A stretch of DNA of 20,000 nucleotides from Asterionella formosa (Eukaryota): NCBI GenBank assembly GCA_002256025.1, contig NKIB01013053.1, positions 44,899 through 64,898 of the forward strand, read 5' to 3'. This document shows positions 8,637-18,654 of this stretch, piece after piece (the first letter of the stretch is position 1; every line of letters starts with the position of its first letter). A model generated the notes under the pieces. It did no database searches and was not told the origin of the DNA. It worked only from the letters and a program-made list of their open reading frames with translations. Position numbers and translations under genes: made by a program.

Positions 8637-10085
8637 ATGATGCCAAGAAGTTCTCAAGACCGTGCTTTCCAACATCTCACCCATAAACCTCACGGCTTTG
8701 ATGAGATGGACCCGTTTTGTGTTCATGCGATGTTCGAGGATCGGCGGCTCCAACAACACGCGATAGCAGCAGCTGCTGCTTCAGAGTGCAACCAAAAGAA
8801 ATTTCTTTCAAACATTTTGAACCCGAAAAAAGCAGGGATACCAAAAGTCATTCGTTTTCAACAAGAAGATGCGCCAGACAAGGAAGCAGAGAAGAAGCAT
8901 TTCGAACCTTCTCCTTTTGTTGGGATGATCATTGAGGTTCAACAAGAACAACAAGTTGATGGACGTCGTACTCCTCCTCGAGGGAACTTGTCACTTGATC
9001 CAAATAATCGAAACAGATACTCAAGAAAATCTCAACCCTCCATGTCTCAAACACCACCCCGTACTCGTCAGCAATCTCTTTTTGATAATGCCATCTCCTC
9101 GGAACAATACCGACTAGGCAGGCAACATTCGGGTGAGTCGTCACATCCGCTATCAAGACGCCCGGGTGATCGATCACTAGTTAGAGATGTCAGAGATGAA
9201 ATCAATATCACAGGCGGACCGCTGTCCTCTGCATCTATTGCTACCAAGAAAAAAAGCTCCGTCAACGAGCGAAAAACTTTCACAACAAGACAAGAGGATT
9301 TGCAGTGGAAGAGCTCAGGAAATTGGACCCACGAAGTTAAAACACGTTCCAAGCGACCAAACTTACCACCGGAGCGTAGGTCAAAAACCGTCTTGGAGGT
9401 GGCCAATCATATCACTTCAAGGAGAAGCGAATTGCGGCAAAAGAGCTCAAGGGATAGCACTCATGGCGTTGCTCATTCTGCTGATAGACCTGCTTCCGGG
9501 TCCATTCGACCTTGCAAGCGACAAGAAACTGACACTTCAATTCACCCTGAAATGCAAAGACGAAACTTGGGGGATGGCAAAAGGCCTCCACATGAAATAA
9601 TTACTTCAGTGCTGGTGCGTCCGTCACATGTTCCGCTCGAAGCCATTGATCATCTCGCTTCATCCCGCCAAAAATTCTGCCAATCCCACTCCATGGGCAC
9701 AGGCCAGGAACGAATCAACCTGGGATATGACAAATCCAAGTCTATCGTGGTCTCAACTGTGGGCCCTCATTGTGCCCGATCCTTGGGACTGAATACATCT
9801 GAACGATCTGCTCAAAGATCTATAGGTTCCAAGATGTCTGCCACAAATTTAAGTTCCTCAGCTCCTGTTCACCTATCCCTCAAGAGTGAAGGTCATCGAG
9901 GGTTATTTCAAAGGCAGGAGCATAACCAAGTGGAACATCTCTCCCGGTTCATTGAGCAATCTTCAACTTCTAATAGATCTCCTCTAACACTGTCCATATC
10001 ACCAAAATCATATTCTCAACCAGGAATGGTAAAACTTGGCCCATTGTCCAAAACGAAGACTTTCTTTGGCAGCAAAGCAGCCTAG
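8637..10085 (+). CDS. Hypothetical protein, S/R/Q/P-rich, probably intrinsically disordered
   Basis: 482-aa uninterrupted ORF with ACCATG start context and AT-rich flanks. No recognisable domain. Confidence 0.65.
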   Translation: MMPRSSQDRAFQHLTHKPHGFDEMDPFCVHAMFEDRRLQQHAIAAAAASECNQKKFLSNILNPKKAGIPKVIRFQQEDAPDKEAEKKHFEPSPFVGMIIEVQQEQQVDGRRTPPRGNLSLDPNNRNRYSRKSQPSMSQTPPRTRQQSLFDNAISSEQYRLGRQHSGESSHPLSRRPGDRSLVRDVRDEINITGGPLSSASIATKKKSSVNERKTFTTRQEDLQWKSSGNWTHEVKTRSKRPNLPPERRSKTVLEVANHITSRRSELRQKSSRDSTHGVAHSADRPASGSIRPCKRQETDTSIHPEMQRRNLGDGKRPPHEIITSVLVRPSHVPLEAIDHLASSRQKFCQSHSMGTGQERINLGYDKSKSIVVSTVGPHCARSLGLNTSERSAQRSIGSKMSATNLSSSAPVHLSLKSEGHRGLFQRQEHNQVEHLSRFIEQSSTSNRSPLTLSISPKSYSQPGMVKLGPLSKTKTFFGSKAA

Positions 10086-10259
10086 AAGTACATATTACTA
10101 ATAAAAAGAGATTAACTGATAATTAGAACCAATAATTCATGTCGATAATTTCATAAAAATGATTAAAAAACGAATTCTATTCCGTTTGTGACATCCGATG
10201 TATCATATGAATCCTTTCATTTTCTATTCGCAAAAAGGAGTGTTTCGCACTACTATTTA

Positions 10260-11050
10260 TATCAAGACATTTCTTCTATTGTTCATTTTCAGGTGCCGTT
10301 GTGCTCCGCAAGTGCAGCAGTCGGGTAATGAAACCTCCACTATGGAGCAAAGCGTATCTGAAGCCGTCCCATTGAAACCATTCTGACTCAAGTTTAGGTT
10401 TGCGCCTACGTGAAGGGCAGGCACAGTTCCCGTTAGAATTATTCGTAGTCAAATCCAAAGTTTCAATTTGCAAAAAATTGCAATATTCTTCTGGCAAGGG
10501 CCCATCAGTGAATGAATTCTTTGCATATATCGTAGGGTTGCAATTTCGGCTAGAACTCTTCCTTCCAAGATATTGTTCGATAGGATAAGTTCCATCAAGT
10601 CGGGAAAGAACCGAAAGACCGTGCCTGTTAGTTCTCCTATGAGTCCACTATCGTTTAGATTAATTCCAGTCACCTTAAGGATGGATTGCATGTCGTAAGT
10701 CCTTGCCAATCACATTCACTTCCACTTGATAGCTACTATGCCACTCTGATTGCCTTTCTGTCCAATGCAATCCTTGAAACTAAGGTGCAGTAACGCAAGG
10801 CCATTTCTCTGTTGTAACGACTCGACCCATTGTGATGCTTTGTCAAATTTGATATCAAGTCCAAAATCTGCCATGTTCATGGCAGTCCACAAAGGAGAGC
10901 AATATTATCAGGTCGACAGCCATCCTTGTCAGGACCAGCATTGTAGTCGGAAACCTTTCGACACGCTCGCAGTTGATTGTACAGCGTCAATACCGGAACG
11001 GACGAGACGACAAGCGCATTGCAGAACCGGAGATGGATCTGGAGTACCTG
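10260..11050 (-). pseudogene. LRR membrane-protein pseudogene, paralog of 11286..13031
   Basis: Frameshifted fragments match the neighbour collinearly: PDPSPVLQCAC (vs PDPSPVLQCSC), GPDKDGCRPDNIAL (vs GPDDECSPENIAL), GLALLHLS (identical), LKVTGINL..GELTGTVFRFFPDL (vs LKVSAINL..GELPSSIFRFFPAL), LNLSQNGFNGTA (vs LDLSGNNFVGTA). The N-terminus/TM segment and most central LRRs are absent. Confidence 0.85.
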
Positions 11051-11285
11051 ATGGTATATATACCGGTAGTTTCCATCAACAGCCATTTTATTCATTCCAT
11101 ATTTTTGTGTGAATTCGTCACTATTTTCATGGACTATGGCATGTAACAAGGAGATCTATCAATATTTTTATCTTAGTAGGCTAGTTTAGTAAGAATGATA
11201 ATGAGGAATAAACACAAGACCTATATAGCATACATACCTTTACTTTGTGATATTAGTTTGGAGTGAAGCCTTTGCAGCATATCAT

Positions 11286-13031
11286 CTAGAAACATCCAGC
11301 TGTCGCAATACCTATTACACAACAGCTACATTGGACACTACAGGGAACTATAGCTTCGATGCTGGAACAATAGGAAGTGGGAGCAGTCCCAACAAAATTA
11401 TTGCCTGACAAATCCAAATGATAACTGACTTGAAGGGACGGCAACGAACCAGTTAGTCTGTTTGATGATAAAGTCAAAACCTGAAGATTCAATAAATTGC
11501 CAAAAACTTCCGGTAGTGATCCCGTGAAACCATTGGCATCCAAACTGAGCACAGCAAGTTTGGTTAAAATTCCAATAGTTGTTTGAAGGGTCCCAGTAAG
11601 GTCATTGTAGCTCAAATCAATAGTTTTGAGGCTTTTGTCTAAGAGTCCAAGCTCAGATGGCAAAGTCCCAATGAAAGCATTTCCTCTCAAATCAATTTGA
11701 GTGAGTGCTGTTAGTAATCCCACAGATGAAGGTAGAGACCCAATTAAACCGGTATTTTTCATGGTGACTGACTTCAGATTTGAAAGGAGGCCTAATTCTT
11801 CGGAAAGGGTACCAGTAATGGAATTCGCAGAAAAGTCTAGTTCAACAAGCGATGTGAGACTGTATAAGCCTTCGGGAATGGTACTTGACAAGATGAGATT
11901 GTTGAGAATCAAAGACGTCAGCTTTGAAAGGCGGTGAATCCCTTCAGGAATGGACCCTTCGAAATTGTTCGAGGACAGATCGAGCACCTTCAACTTAGCC
12001 AACTCCCACAACTCTACAGGAATGCGCCCGTACAACGAATTTACGGACAAGTTGAGGTACGTTAACGCAGGAAAAAAGCGAAAGATGGAGCTTGGCAGCT
12101 CTCCATTGAGCTTTTGACCCAACAAATTGATTGCTGAAACTTTTAACAAAGAATTGCATGTCACACCTTTCCATTCGCATTCACTTCCCGTTCCCAACCA
12201 CTCAGTGGAGTACGTGGACGACCACCCTCCTAAGCTGAGATGCAGCAGTGCGAGCCCAAACCGCTGCTTAATTGTATCGTTGGTTGCGAAAATCCCCGAA
12301 ACATCAGCCATATCTATGGCAGACCACCAAAGTGCAATGTTCTCCGGGCTGCATTCGTCATCTGGACCGCTATATTCTGAAAACAGCTGCGAGGCTCGAA
12401 TGTCAGAGTAAATCGTCATGGTTGATTCAGACGAAATGGAAATTTTCGAAAAACAAGAGCATTGAAGGACTGGGGAAGGATCCGGTACGGGAAAAAAATC
12501 GCATTCACCAGCTTGAGTGGCAGCACTTCCATGCGAGTTTCGATTCTCCTTGCTTGCAAAATAGGCCCCTAAGCCTCCTCCGATCATGGCAGCAACAACC
12601 ACTACAACGACAATCGCCACATGCCACCTTCGCTTGTTCGTCTCCTTCCTCAGAACGACATCAGCATCTATTGTTGGCACGATGCGAAGTGGTAGTGCTG
12701 CCGACGATCCGTGTGTCATTTCCTCTGGTGCGGGACCTGGACTAAAGTCCGTGTCCTCAGGCAATGAAGCTGTCGGATCCCAGGATCGTGTGCTGCTTCC
12801 CAACAGTCCCGAAGTATCTTGCAGCATCCTTTGGGATCTGCGAATCAGTTGTACGGCATAGGCTCCAGGAGTGGTGGTGGTACCATCCGAAGACTCCATG
12901 TTTGCTTCTCTTCCTCGATTTATTGTCCTTGCAGATGTTGCAAGGAGCGCTTCTTCATTGGTAAGAGGACCTAGCGCGGCCTTTTCGCGGCGCTCCACAG
13001 TAATAGACATTCCTCGGCTTGGACGACTCAT
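11286..13031 (-). CDS. Leucine-rich-repeat single-pass membrane protein (receptor-like, no kinase domain), predicted type II topology
   Basis: 581 aa. Disordered N-terminus with PGAYAV, basic KRR before a TM segment (WHVAIVVVVVVAAMIGGGLGAYF), Cys-containing stalk, LRRNT-like cap ECEWKGVTC, about 10 plant-type LRRs (LxxLxLxxNxLxGxIP), C-terminal CxxxCxCC. Confidence 0.9.
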   Translation of the reverse strand: MSRPSRGMSITVERREKAALGPLTNEEALLATSARTINRGREANMESSDGTTTTPGAYAVQLIRRSQRMLQDTSGLLGSSTRSWDPTASLPEDTDFSPGPAPEEMTHGSSAALPLRIVPTIDADVVLRKETNKRRWHVAIVVVVVVAAMIGGGLGAYFASKENRNSHGSAATQAGECDFFPVPDPSPVLQCSCFSKISISSESTMTIYSDIRASQLFSEYSGPDDECSPENIALWWSAIDMADVSGIFATNDTIKQRFGLALLHLSLGGWSSTYSTEWLGTGSECEWKGVTCNSLLKVSAINLLGQKLNGELPSSIFRFFPALTYLNLSVNSLYGRIPVELWELAKLKVLDLSSNNFEGSIPEGIHRLSKLTSLILNNLILSSTIPEGLYSLTSLVELDFSANSITGTLSEELGLLSNLKSVTMKNTGLIGSLPSSVGLLTALTQIDLRGNAFIGTLPSELGLLDKSLKTIDLSYNDLTGTLQTTIGILTKLAVLSLDANGFTGSLPEVFGNLLNLQVLTLSSNRLTGSLPSLQVSYHLDLSGNNFVGTAPTSYCSSIEAIVPCSVQCSCCVIGIATAGCF

Positions 13032-13993
13032 GGTTGATACATGTTGTGTTCAAAAAGTCAATGGCAAGGAACAGAACATTAATTCTATGTGCGATGGGCC
13101 CCTTCGGAATATATGCACATGACCGCTGCTGTCAGAGAGAACTGCAAGTAATACTCTCTCTTTGCGGTCACAATATAATCATTAAGTACAACATTATGTA
13201 CAAAATATCTTATTGCACCAGCCATTGCAGCATTGCAATAGCATCCTTTGACATCCTTCGCCCCTTCGGTTTTTACATACAATACAAACATCCCATATAC
13301 TGTGGTGGATTCTTCAAATTGTTTACTTGGGACAGGTAAATTAATCACGTTTCTAAGCAATCCCAATTACGGTATCTGGTACAGGTAATTGGCGATGTAC
13401 ATGGTACCTGATACCTGATTGCACCCCTAAATATCAATGCCTCCTTGGAGTTTTGTACATAGTCTTGAGTCATGTTATTTAGTATTACAGCACTGATGTA
13501 TAGCCCATTCGTGACTAAATCCAAGACAAGGATATAGTTCACCACTTATACGCATATATAATATATGTACAACACACGAAGAAAAACTTTCTACCGGGAC
13601 TGCAAGTTTGACGATGATCATTCATGAGTTCAATAAATGTTATCAAATCCTTATATATTTACATTTCTTATGAATATTCATACCGGTATATATGAATAGT
13701 TTTCCGGACAACACATAACGGAATCAAGTTTAGACATTTATTATTTCCGATGGTATTTTTTAACAGTACTTTAGATTGATGATATGACAATACATGTAAC
13801 GGGGTTTTCTCTAATTTAACTTTATGGAATACTTTTAATTGTACACAGTAGCATCTCGACCCATACTTCGTCTCCAAAGGAGACATTTCGACGAGGAGAG
13901 TGACTTCTTTCCGTTTTGTCGACAGGAACAGAGGATTGAATCTTACCTCAATATTTGTTGATCATCGCTCTATCGTATAGTCACTCGAGAATA

Positions 13994-15709
13994 ATGTCTG
14001 CAGGTAGCATCTCGTCAGGAAGGGGCAAAACGCGAAGGGATGATGCCGAAGAAACGGAGACTTGGGGCCAGCCCTTTCCGCTGGGAGGTTCCCTCGACCA
14101 ACTATCTAATCACACTCGGCAATTTGTCATGGACTCAGAAAGCCCTCCTTATAAGCCCCGACCGTCAATGACAAAGTTGGATAGTATGGGCTCATCCATG
14201 ATCTCCATCGCTCATTTTGATGACTCCCTCTCCGATCTTCGCGACAATCTCGAGAGATTTTCACAGGAAGGGACCAAGGCGCGAATGACCAACAAACCTT
14301 CCAAACAAACGAGGACTGCTTCTGTGCTTAGTAGTAGTCACAAAAAGATTCTGATTGCTTATTATATTTGGCTATTCACAGCTACAGCTGTGTTTACAGG
14401 TCTTGCCGTGAGCATGCACATGCAATCCAAAAACGCAGTCTACACCACCATTGGACAGTGCAACAATGTGTCTGGGAACCCTTACTTGCAATGTATCTGT
14501 GGCCAGAGTCAAGTCACTGGTGACGTCTCGGAAATTGTGGATCTTCGTTTCATGGAATTGAATATTCACTTTGGACTTGAAAGGGGTGCGATTTATGACA
14601 CAAACTCTTGTCAGAACCCATACAATGTAGCCCTTTGGTGGCTGGCTATGAAGACTGAAAGTCTAGATGCCAAGAGACTGATGACTCTGTTTTCATTGGC
14701 GCTTTTGTACCTTAATTTAGATGGAACTAATTGGAACCATCAGACTGATTGGATGTACCATGAAGTGAACGAGTGTGATTGGGGAGGAGTCACTTGTTCC
14801 TATGAGTTGCTCGCTGACCCGTCCACTACAAACGTTGATGCTGGTGTTGTGGTACAATTGGTTTTGGACAATATGAAGTTATCCGGGAGTTTGCCCAGCG
14901 AGATTGGCTTGTTGACCGACTTGGAAACGCTGAGCTTGGGCAACAACGATTTCTGCGGCAAATTGCCAAAAGAAATTTTGGGTCTGACCAATCTTCAAGA
15001 GTTGTCATTGCAAGGAAACGCGTTTGAAGGCACAATACCCGATCCAACTATTTTCTCACATTTAAAAGTTTTGGTACTTGGGAACAACAAGTTCTCTGGA
15101 GTTCTTCCAGAGAATAGTCTCTATAAATGGACAGGACTACAGGAGCTCATTCTTGAGAGTAACTCTTTCTCGGGAAGTTTACCAAGCTCACTGGCAACGT
15201 TGACACAGCTATCCAACCTTAATTTGGCCAAAAATACCTTCAAGGGGGCGATGCCGGACATTTTTGCACTGACAGATCTAAAATGGCTCATTGTGAATGA
15301 TAACGAACTGACCGGAACATTGAATAATTTCTTCCCTAATAGGTTGGAAACTCTTGATATGTCCAACAACATGTTCAACGGTACCCTACCAAACAACTAT
15401 GGTAGCCTATCCAAACTCAGCATTTGCAACCTCGGTCACAACAAGAACTTAAGGGGAAAACTTCCGAGCGAATACGGTTCATTGTACAATCTCAATGTAC
15501 TCGGACTCTCCTCGTGTCAACTGACAGGAATCATTCCATCGGAACTTGGAAACTTGGAAACGATATCAATATTGGATTTGGGAAATAACATGTTTAAGGG
15601 CAATATGCCAATGGAGGTGTGTAAATTGAAAGTGACTGGGTTCTTACAAGAGCTGTTGGTGAATTGTGACGTGAATTGCACCTGTTGTCCCAACGACTGC
15701 GATGCTTAA
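13994..15709 (+). CDS. Leucine-rich-repeat single-pass membrane protein (receptor-like, no kinase domain), predicted type II topology
   Basis: ORF 13955..15709 opens on TTG; the first ATG is at 13994. Disordered N-terminus, TM (ILIAYYIWLFTATAVFTGLAVSM) after HKK, LQCIC stalk, NVALWWLA, ECDWGGVTC cap, about 10 plant-type LRRs, C-terminal CDVNCTCC. Confidence 0.9.
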   Translation: MSAGSISSGRGKTRRDDAEETETWGQPFPLGGSLDQLSNHTRQFVMDSESPPYKPRPSMTKLDSMGSSMISIAHFDDSLSDLRDNLERFSQEGTKARMTNKPSKQTRTASVLSSSHKKILIAYYIWLFTATAVFTGLAVSMHMQSKNAVYTTIGQCNNVSGNPYLQCICGQSQVTGDVSEIVDLRFMELNIHFGLERGAIYDTNSCQNPYNVALWWLAMKTESLDAKRLMTLFSLALLYLNLDGTNWNHQTDWMYHEVNECDWGGVTCSYELLADPSTTNVDAGVVVQLVLDNMKLSGSLPSEIGLLTDLETLSLGNNDFCGKLPKEILGLTNLQELSLQGNAFEGTIPDPTIFSHLKVLVLGNNKFSGVLPENSLYKWTGLQELILESNSFSGSLPSSLATLTQLSNLNLAKNTFKGAMPDIFALTDLKWLIVNDNELTGTLNNFFPNRLETLDMSNNMFNGTLPNNYGSLSKLSICNLGHNKNLRGKLPSEYGSLYNLNVLGLSSCQLTGIIPSELGNLETISILDLGNNMFKGNMPMEVCKLKVTGFLQELLVNCDVNCTCCPNDCDA

Positions 15710-16376
15710 CATCGTAGCAACTGAGGGAGTTGGTCGCCTCCTCTTCGAGGTGGAATTTGGAACCTGTGTCTCAATAACATTTCATCGATCTGTATGTGGC
15801 AAGGAATTCACAGAATTTAAGTTTGCAATTCTTTGTGGCATCCAAAATATGCATTCTAAAGTTAGAGATTGCTCCTACCTTTTAGGTTTTTCATTATTTC
15901 ATTTAAGATGCTGGTGTGCCGGTGGGTTCAACTTTCTCTATTATCTCAGAAGATGCTAGGGAATTGTTTCTAGTGACGTCTCAGTTTTGCCCTGGAACAA
16001 TATGGCAAACTACTTTTAGGTAGTGAACTGATAAGATCTATGTAATTTATGTAATGAAGGGGAAATCAGTTTTCAGAAGTTTGACCCCTGAAGTAGTTGC
16101 ATAGTCTTCATATCAAACTCTTATTGATCGCACGACACCCCACTATCACTCTCAACATCAAGTCACACCTACGATGATAGCTAGTTCCCTGATCCACATG
16201 AAAGGAGGAGAAAAATTATAGATACATACGACAACAAGCACTATTTTGTCTTTTTTATTTTTCAATTGCTGGTCGCGTTTCAGTCTAGTTTGCGCGCAAT
16301 TTCGAACACGGTTGTATGCTTCTTGTTACGAGTTGGAAAATTCATCCATGATGGACCATATCCACCTATTCCAACT

Positions 16377-18279
16377 TTACGCAGCACACCATCCACCACT
16401 AGGAGGTCGGCAAGTTGTTTTACCACTGCTCACGTCAGCGGGTGCCACACAGCAGGTATAACCACCACTACAGGTGTCGACATTTCTTCTACAGTTATTC
16501 CAGTTGGGCACAGTCGAAGATGAAGCGCAATATGTAGCACTTTGGTTTGGTCGACAAGTGGCTTTGCCACTGGAAACATCAGCAGGTGCGACACAGCAAA
16601 CCCAATTATTAGCGCAAGTGCTCGATCCACGTGTGCAGGTACTCCAGTTGGGAATTAGGGGCTGTGATTGCCCCACACTAATGCAGCTGCTACCAGCAAG
16701 GTAATTGCCAATGGCACTTCTTGACTGTGGGCTAAAGCCGTTGGCCCCACTGTTGACTGTCGGCTCCATGATCCATTCGACATTAGAAGTAAATGGATCA
16801 TGGTTATAACCTGTTGTAGATAGTAGGCAGCAAAGGTTAAGTGCATGATGCAAGGTATTGCAGGTATTTGGGATGTGATTCGACAACGTACCAGCATTGT
16901 GTCCCAGTTCGTGGGCAAAGGAAACGGTTTGCGACTGTAGGTCTCGAGATGCAAAGTTATGTATAGCGTAAGAATTTGAATTACAAAGGTTTCTTGTCCA
17001 TGCACATCCAACTATACTGGACTCGAACGAAGTCCCAGTGAACAAGTGAGCTGTGTCTCGATTCACTGAGCTTCTATTGGTATTAAAGTAATTTGTGAAC
17101 CAACGGAGCAGTCCATCTCCTGAACAGCCAGATTGTCTGCTTGCGGTACCGGCTCTGTATGGGTCTGTGCTGGGATCGCAAAAGCCCTCCATGTGAGTAA
17201 TCTGGATCTTGGTGCAAAGATTACTCTGATAGATAGAGGAGGCACGAGCAACGATCTGCTGAGCAATGGCATTTGCATTGTTAGCGCCGCCAGCTTCCCT
17301 GCAGAATGAAGAATCGTACGCAATCGCAAGATCAATAACTCTGAGTGAACCACATCCTGACTGTAAGTTTCTTTCGTCCATTACTGACGAATCAGCTCCT
17401 CTCGCCATCAAGGTTCGCGACTCGTTTCCATTGCTACCATCTTTGCTCGGATCTGCATGCGCCAAAACGAATTGTTTCATTGCCTTTTTATCAAGAGCTT
17501 CAGGAAGCATAATAGCAAGTACTCCGTCTGAAATTTCATGCATTTGCATATTTGATCCATCCGTGTAGGTGATATCGACCGTTTCCACGTTTCCTCCAGG
17601 TCCTTTTGTTACCAGCATAGTACTATCAGATTCAACTTTCATGAAAGTGGCCGCTGTAGGACGTGCCTTCGCCTTTCCCTCAAACATATAAGTGGCATCA
17701 TCAGAAAACACGTCCATAGGGATGAGACCTTCCAGTGAGTGTACGGCACCATTAACCTTAATTGTGTTACGCTTCGAAATCTTTTGCATGGGCAAGTCTA
17801 CCCCCTTTTTCATGTGGTGACGTGACATGAACTTATCCATAATTTCAGTGGAAGGTACCTCGAACAAGGAATCATCATCATCTTGCTTCTGTTTCTTTGT
17901 CTTCTTCAGGACTCTGCTCACTCCTGCGCCCTTCATTCCCATCCCATTTGACCCTAAGACAGACGAAGGAGTTGCATTGATGCTGTGAGGCTCCTCTTCT
18001 TGAGACACACTCCTATGTCCGCGCAGTTCTCCCTGTACGGATGAGTTCCGAAAATTAACAAGTATTCAAAAAGAGAAGTTGTTAGAAACGTTAAAACAGA
18101 ATGTCGGGACATGTGTGTGTTCCTCAGTGTGTGTGTCATAAAATAATGAGAGGCCATTGGATCAAACGGAGGGGTGGTGATACTATGAAGATACCTACTT
18201 TTAGTCCCTCAATGTTAGTGATTGCCATGAGAGCCAATAAGACCGATAGAAGGATAGATTTCTTGTTGAGTTTAGTCAT
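16377..18279 (-). CDS. Secreted zinc metalloprotease, metzincin M12B/reprolysin-like, with pro-region and two Cys-rich C-terminal repeats; 3 exons (18279-18199, 18032-16892, 16810-16377), about 551 aa
   Basis: Exon 1 encodes a signal-peptide-like MTKLNKKSILLSVLLALMAITNIEGLK. After splicing the zinc motif reads HELGHNAGYNHD (HExxHxxGxxHD), followed by the Met-turn WIMEP. Other reprolysin-like segments: IDLAIAYDSSFC, RDTAHLFTG, IVGCAW..LC. Confidence 0.88.
16380..16655 (-). repeat. Two tandem ~45-aa six-Cys coding repeats
   Basis: IPNWSTCTRGSSTCANNWVCCVAPADVSSGKATCRPNQSATYC and VPNWNNCRRNVDTCSGGYTCCVAPADVSSGKTTCRPPSGGWC share the core CCVAPADVSSGKxTCRP. Confidence 0.9.
16811..16891 (-). other. 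Spliceosomal intron 2 of the metalloprotease (81 nt, phase 1, in-frame, stop-free)
   Basis: Donor G|GTACGT at 16891, branch-like CTTAAC, acceptor CAACAG| at 16811. Removal restores HELGHNAGYNHD. Confidence 0.85.
18033..18198 (-). other. Spliceosomal intron 1 of the metalloprotease (166 nt, phase 0)
   Basis: Donor AAA|GTAGGT at 18198 and acceptor TACAG|GGA at 18033. Splicing joins the signal peptide in frame to GELRGHRSVSQEE; the unspliced read-through hits a stop. Confidence 0.8.
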
Positions 18280-18654
18280 CTTGCTGGAAGTGTTGACTGA
18301 AACGAGTGAATACAATGGTTTGCAATTTCTGGCCTCTTGCTATTTTGGATTTTATGAGACATTCATATCCACTTGTTATTTCGAATGAACTAATCGTTTT
18401 CAAAATTGCACAATCGAAGCATGACTTTTTGTTTGTACGATCATCCATGAGTTGGGTTCCGAGTTGATGCTTGTGTACCATGATCAGCATGGTGTCATGC
18501 ATGTTTGAATTGTGATGAGTCGATTATTTCGCTGTATGATTACTAGCAAAATGCATTGATGATTTAAGTCATGCATAATAATCCTATCCCGCAGTATATC
18601 GGAATTTTAATCTTGCTTCTTCTTCTTACTGGCTGGAATCATGATGCTCGTCAG

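Noticed and set aside
11286..15709. LRR receptor kinases or NLRs
   Set aside because: No kinase, NB-ARC or TIR motifs; both proteins end in a Cys cap directly after the LRRs.
1144..17568. Numerous short antisense or overlapping ORFs inside the long CDSs
   Set aside because: They are shadow frames of real genes with no independent motifs.
944..18279. Functional linkage of the rhodopsin kinase, LRR genes and protease as one system
   Set aside because: Eukaryotic neighbours separated by TE relics; nothing in the sequence supports co-regulation.
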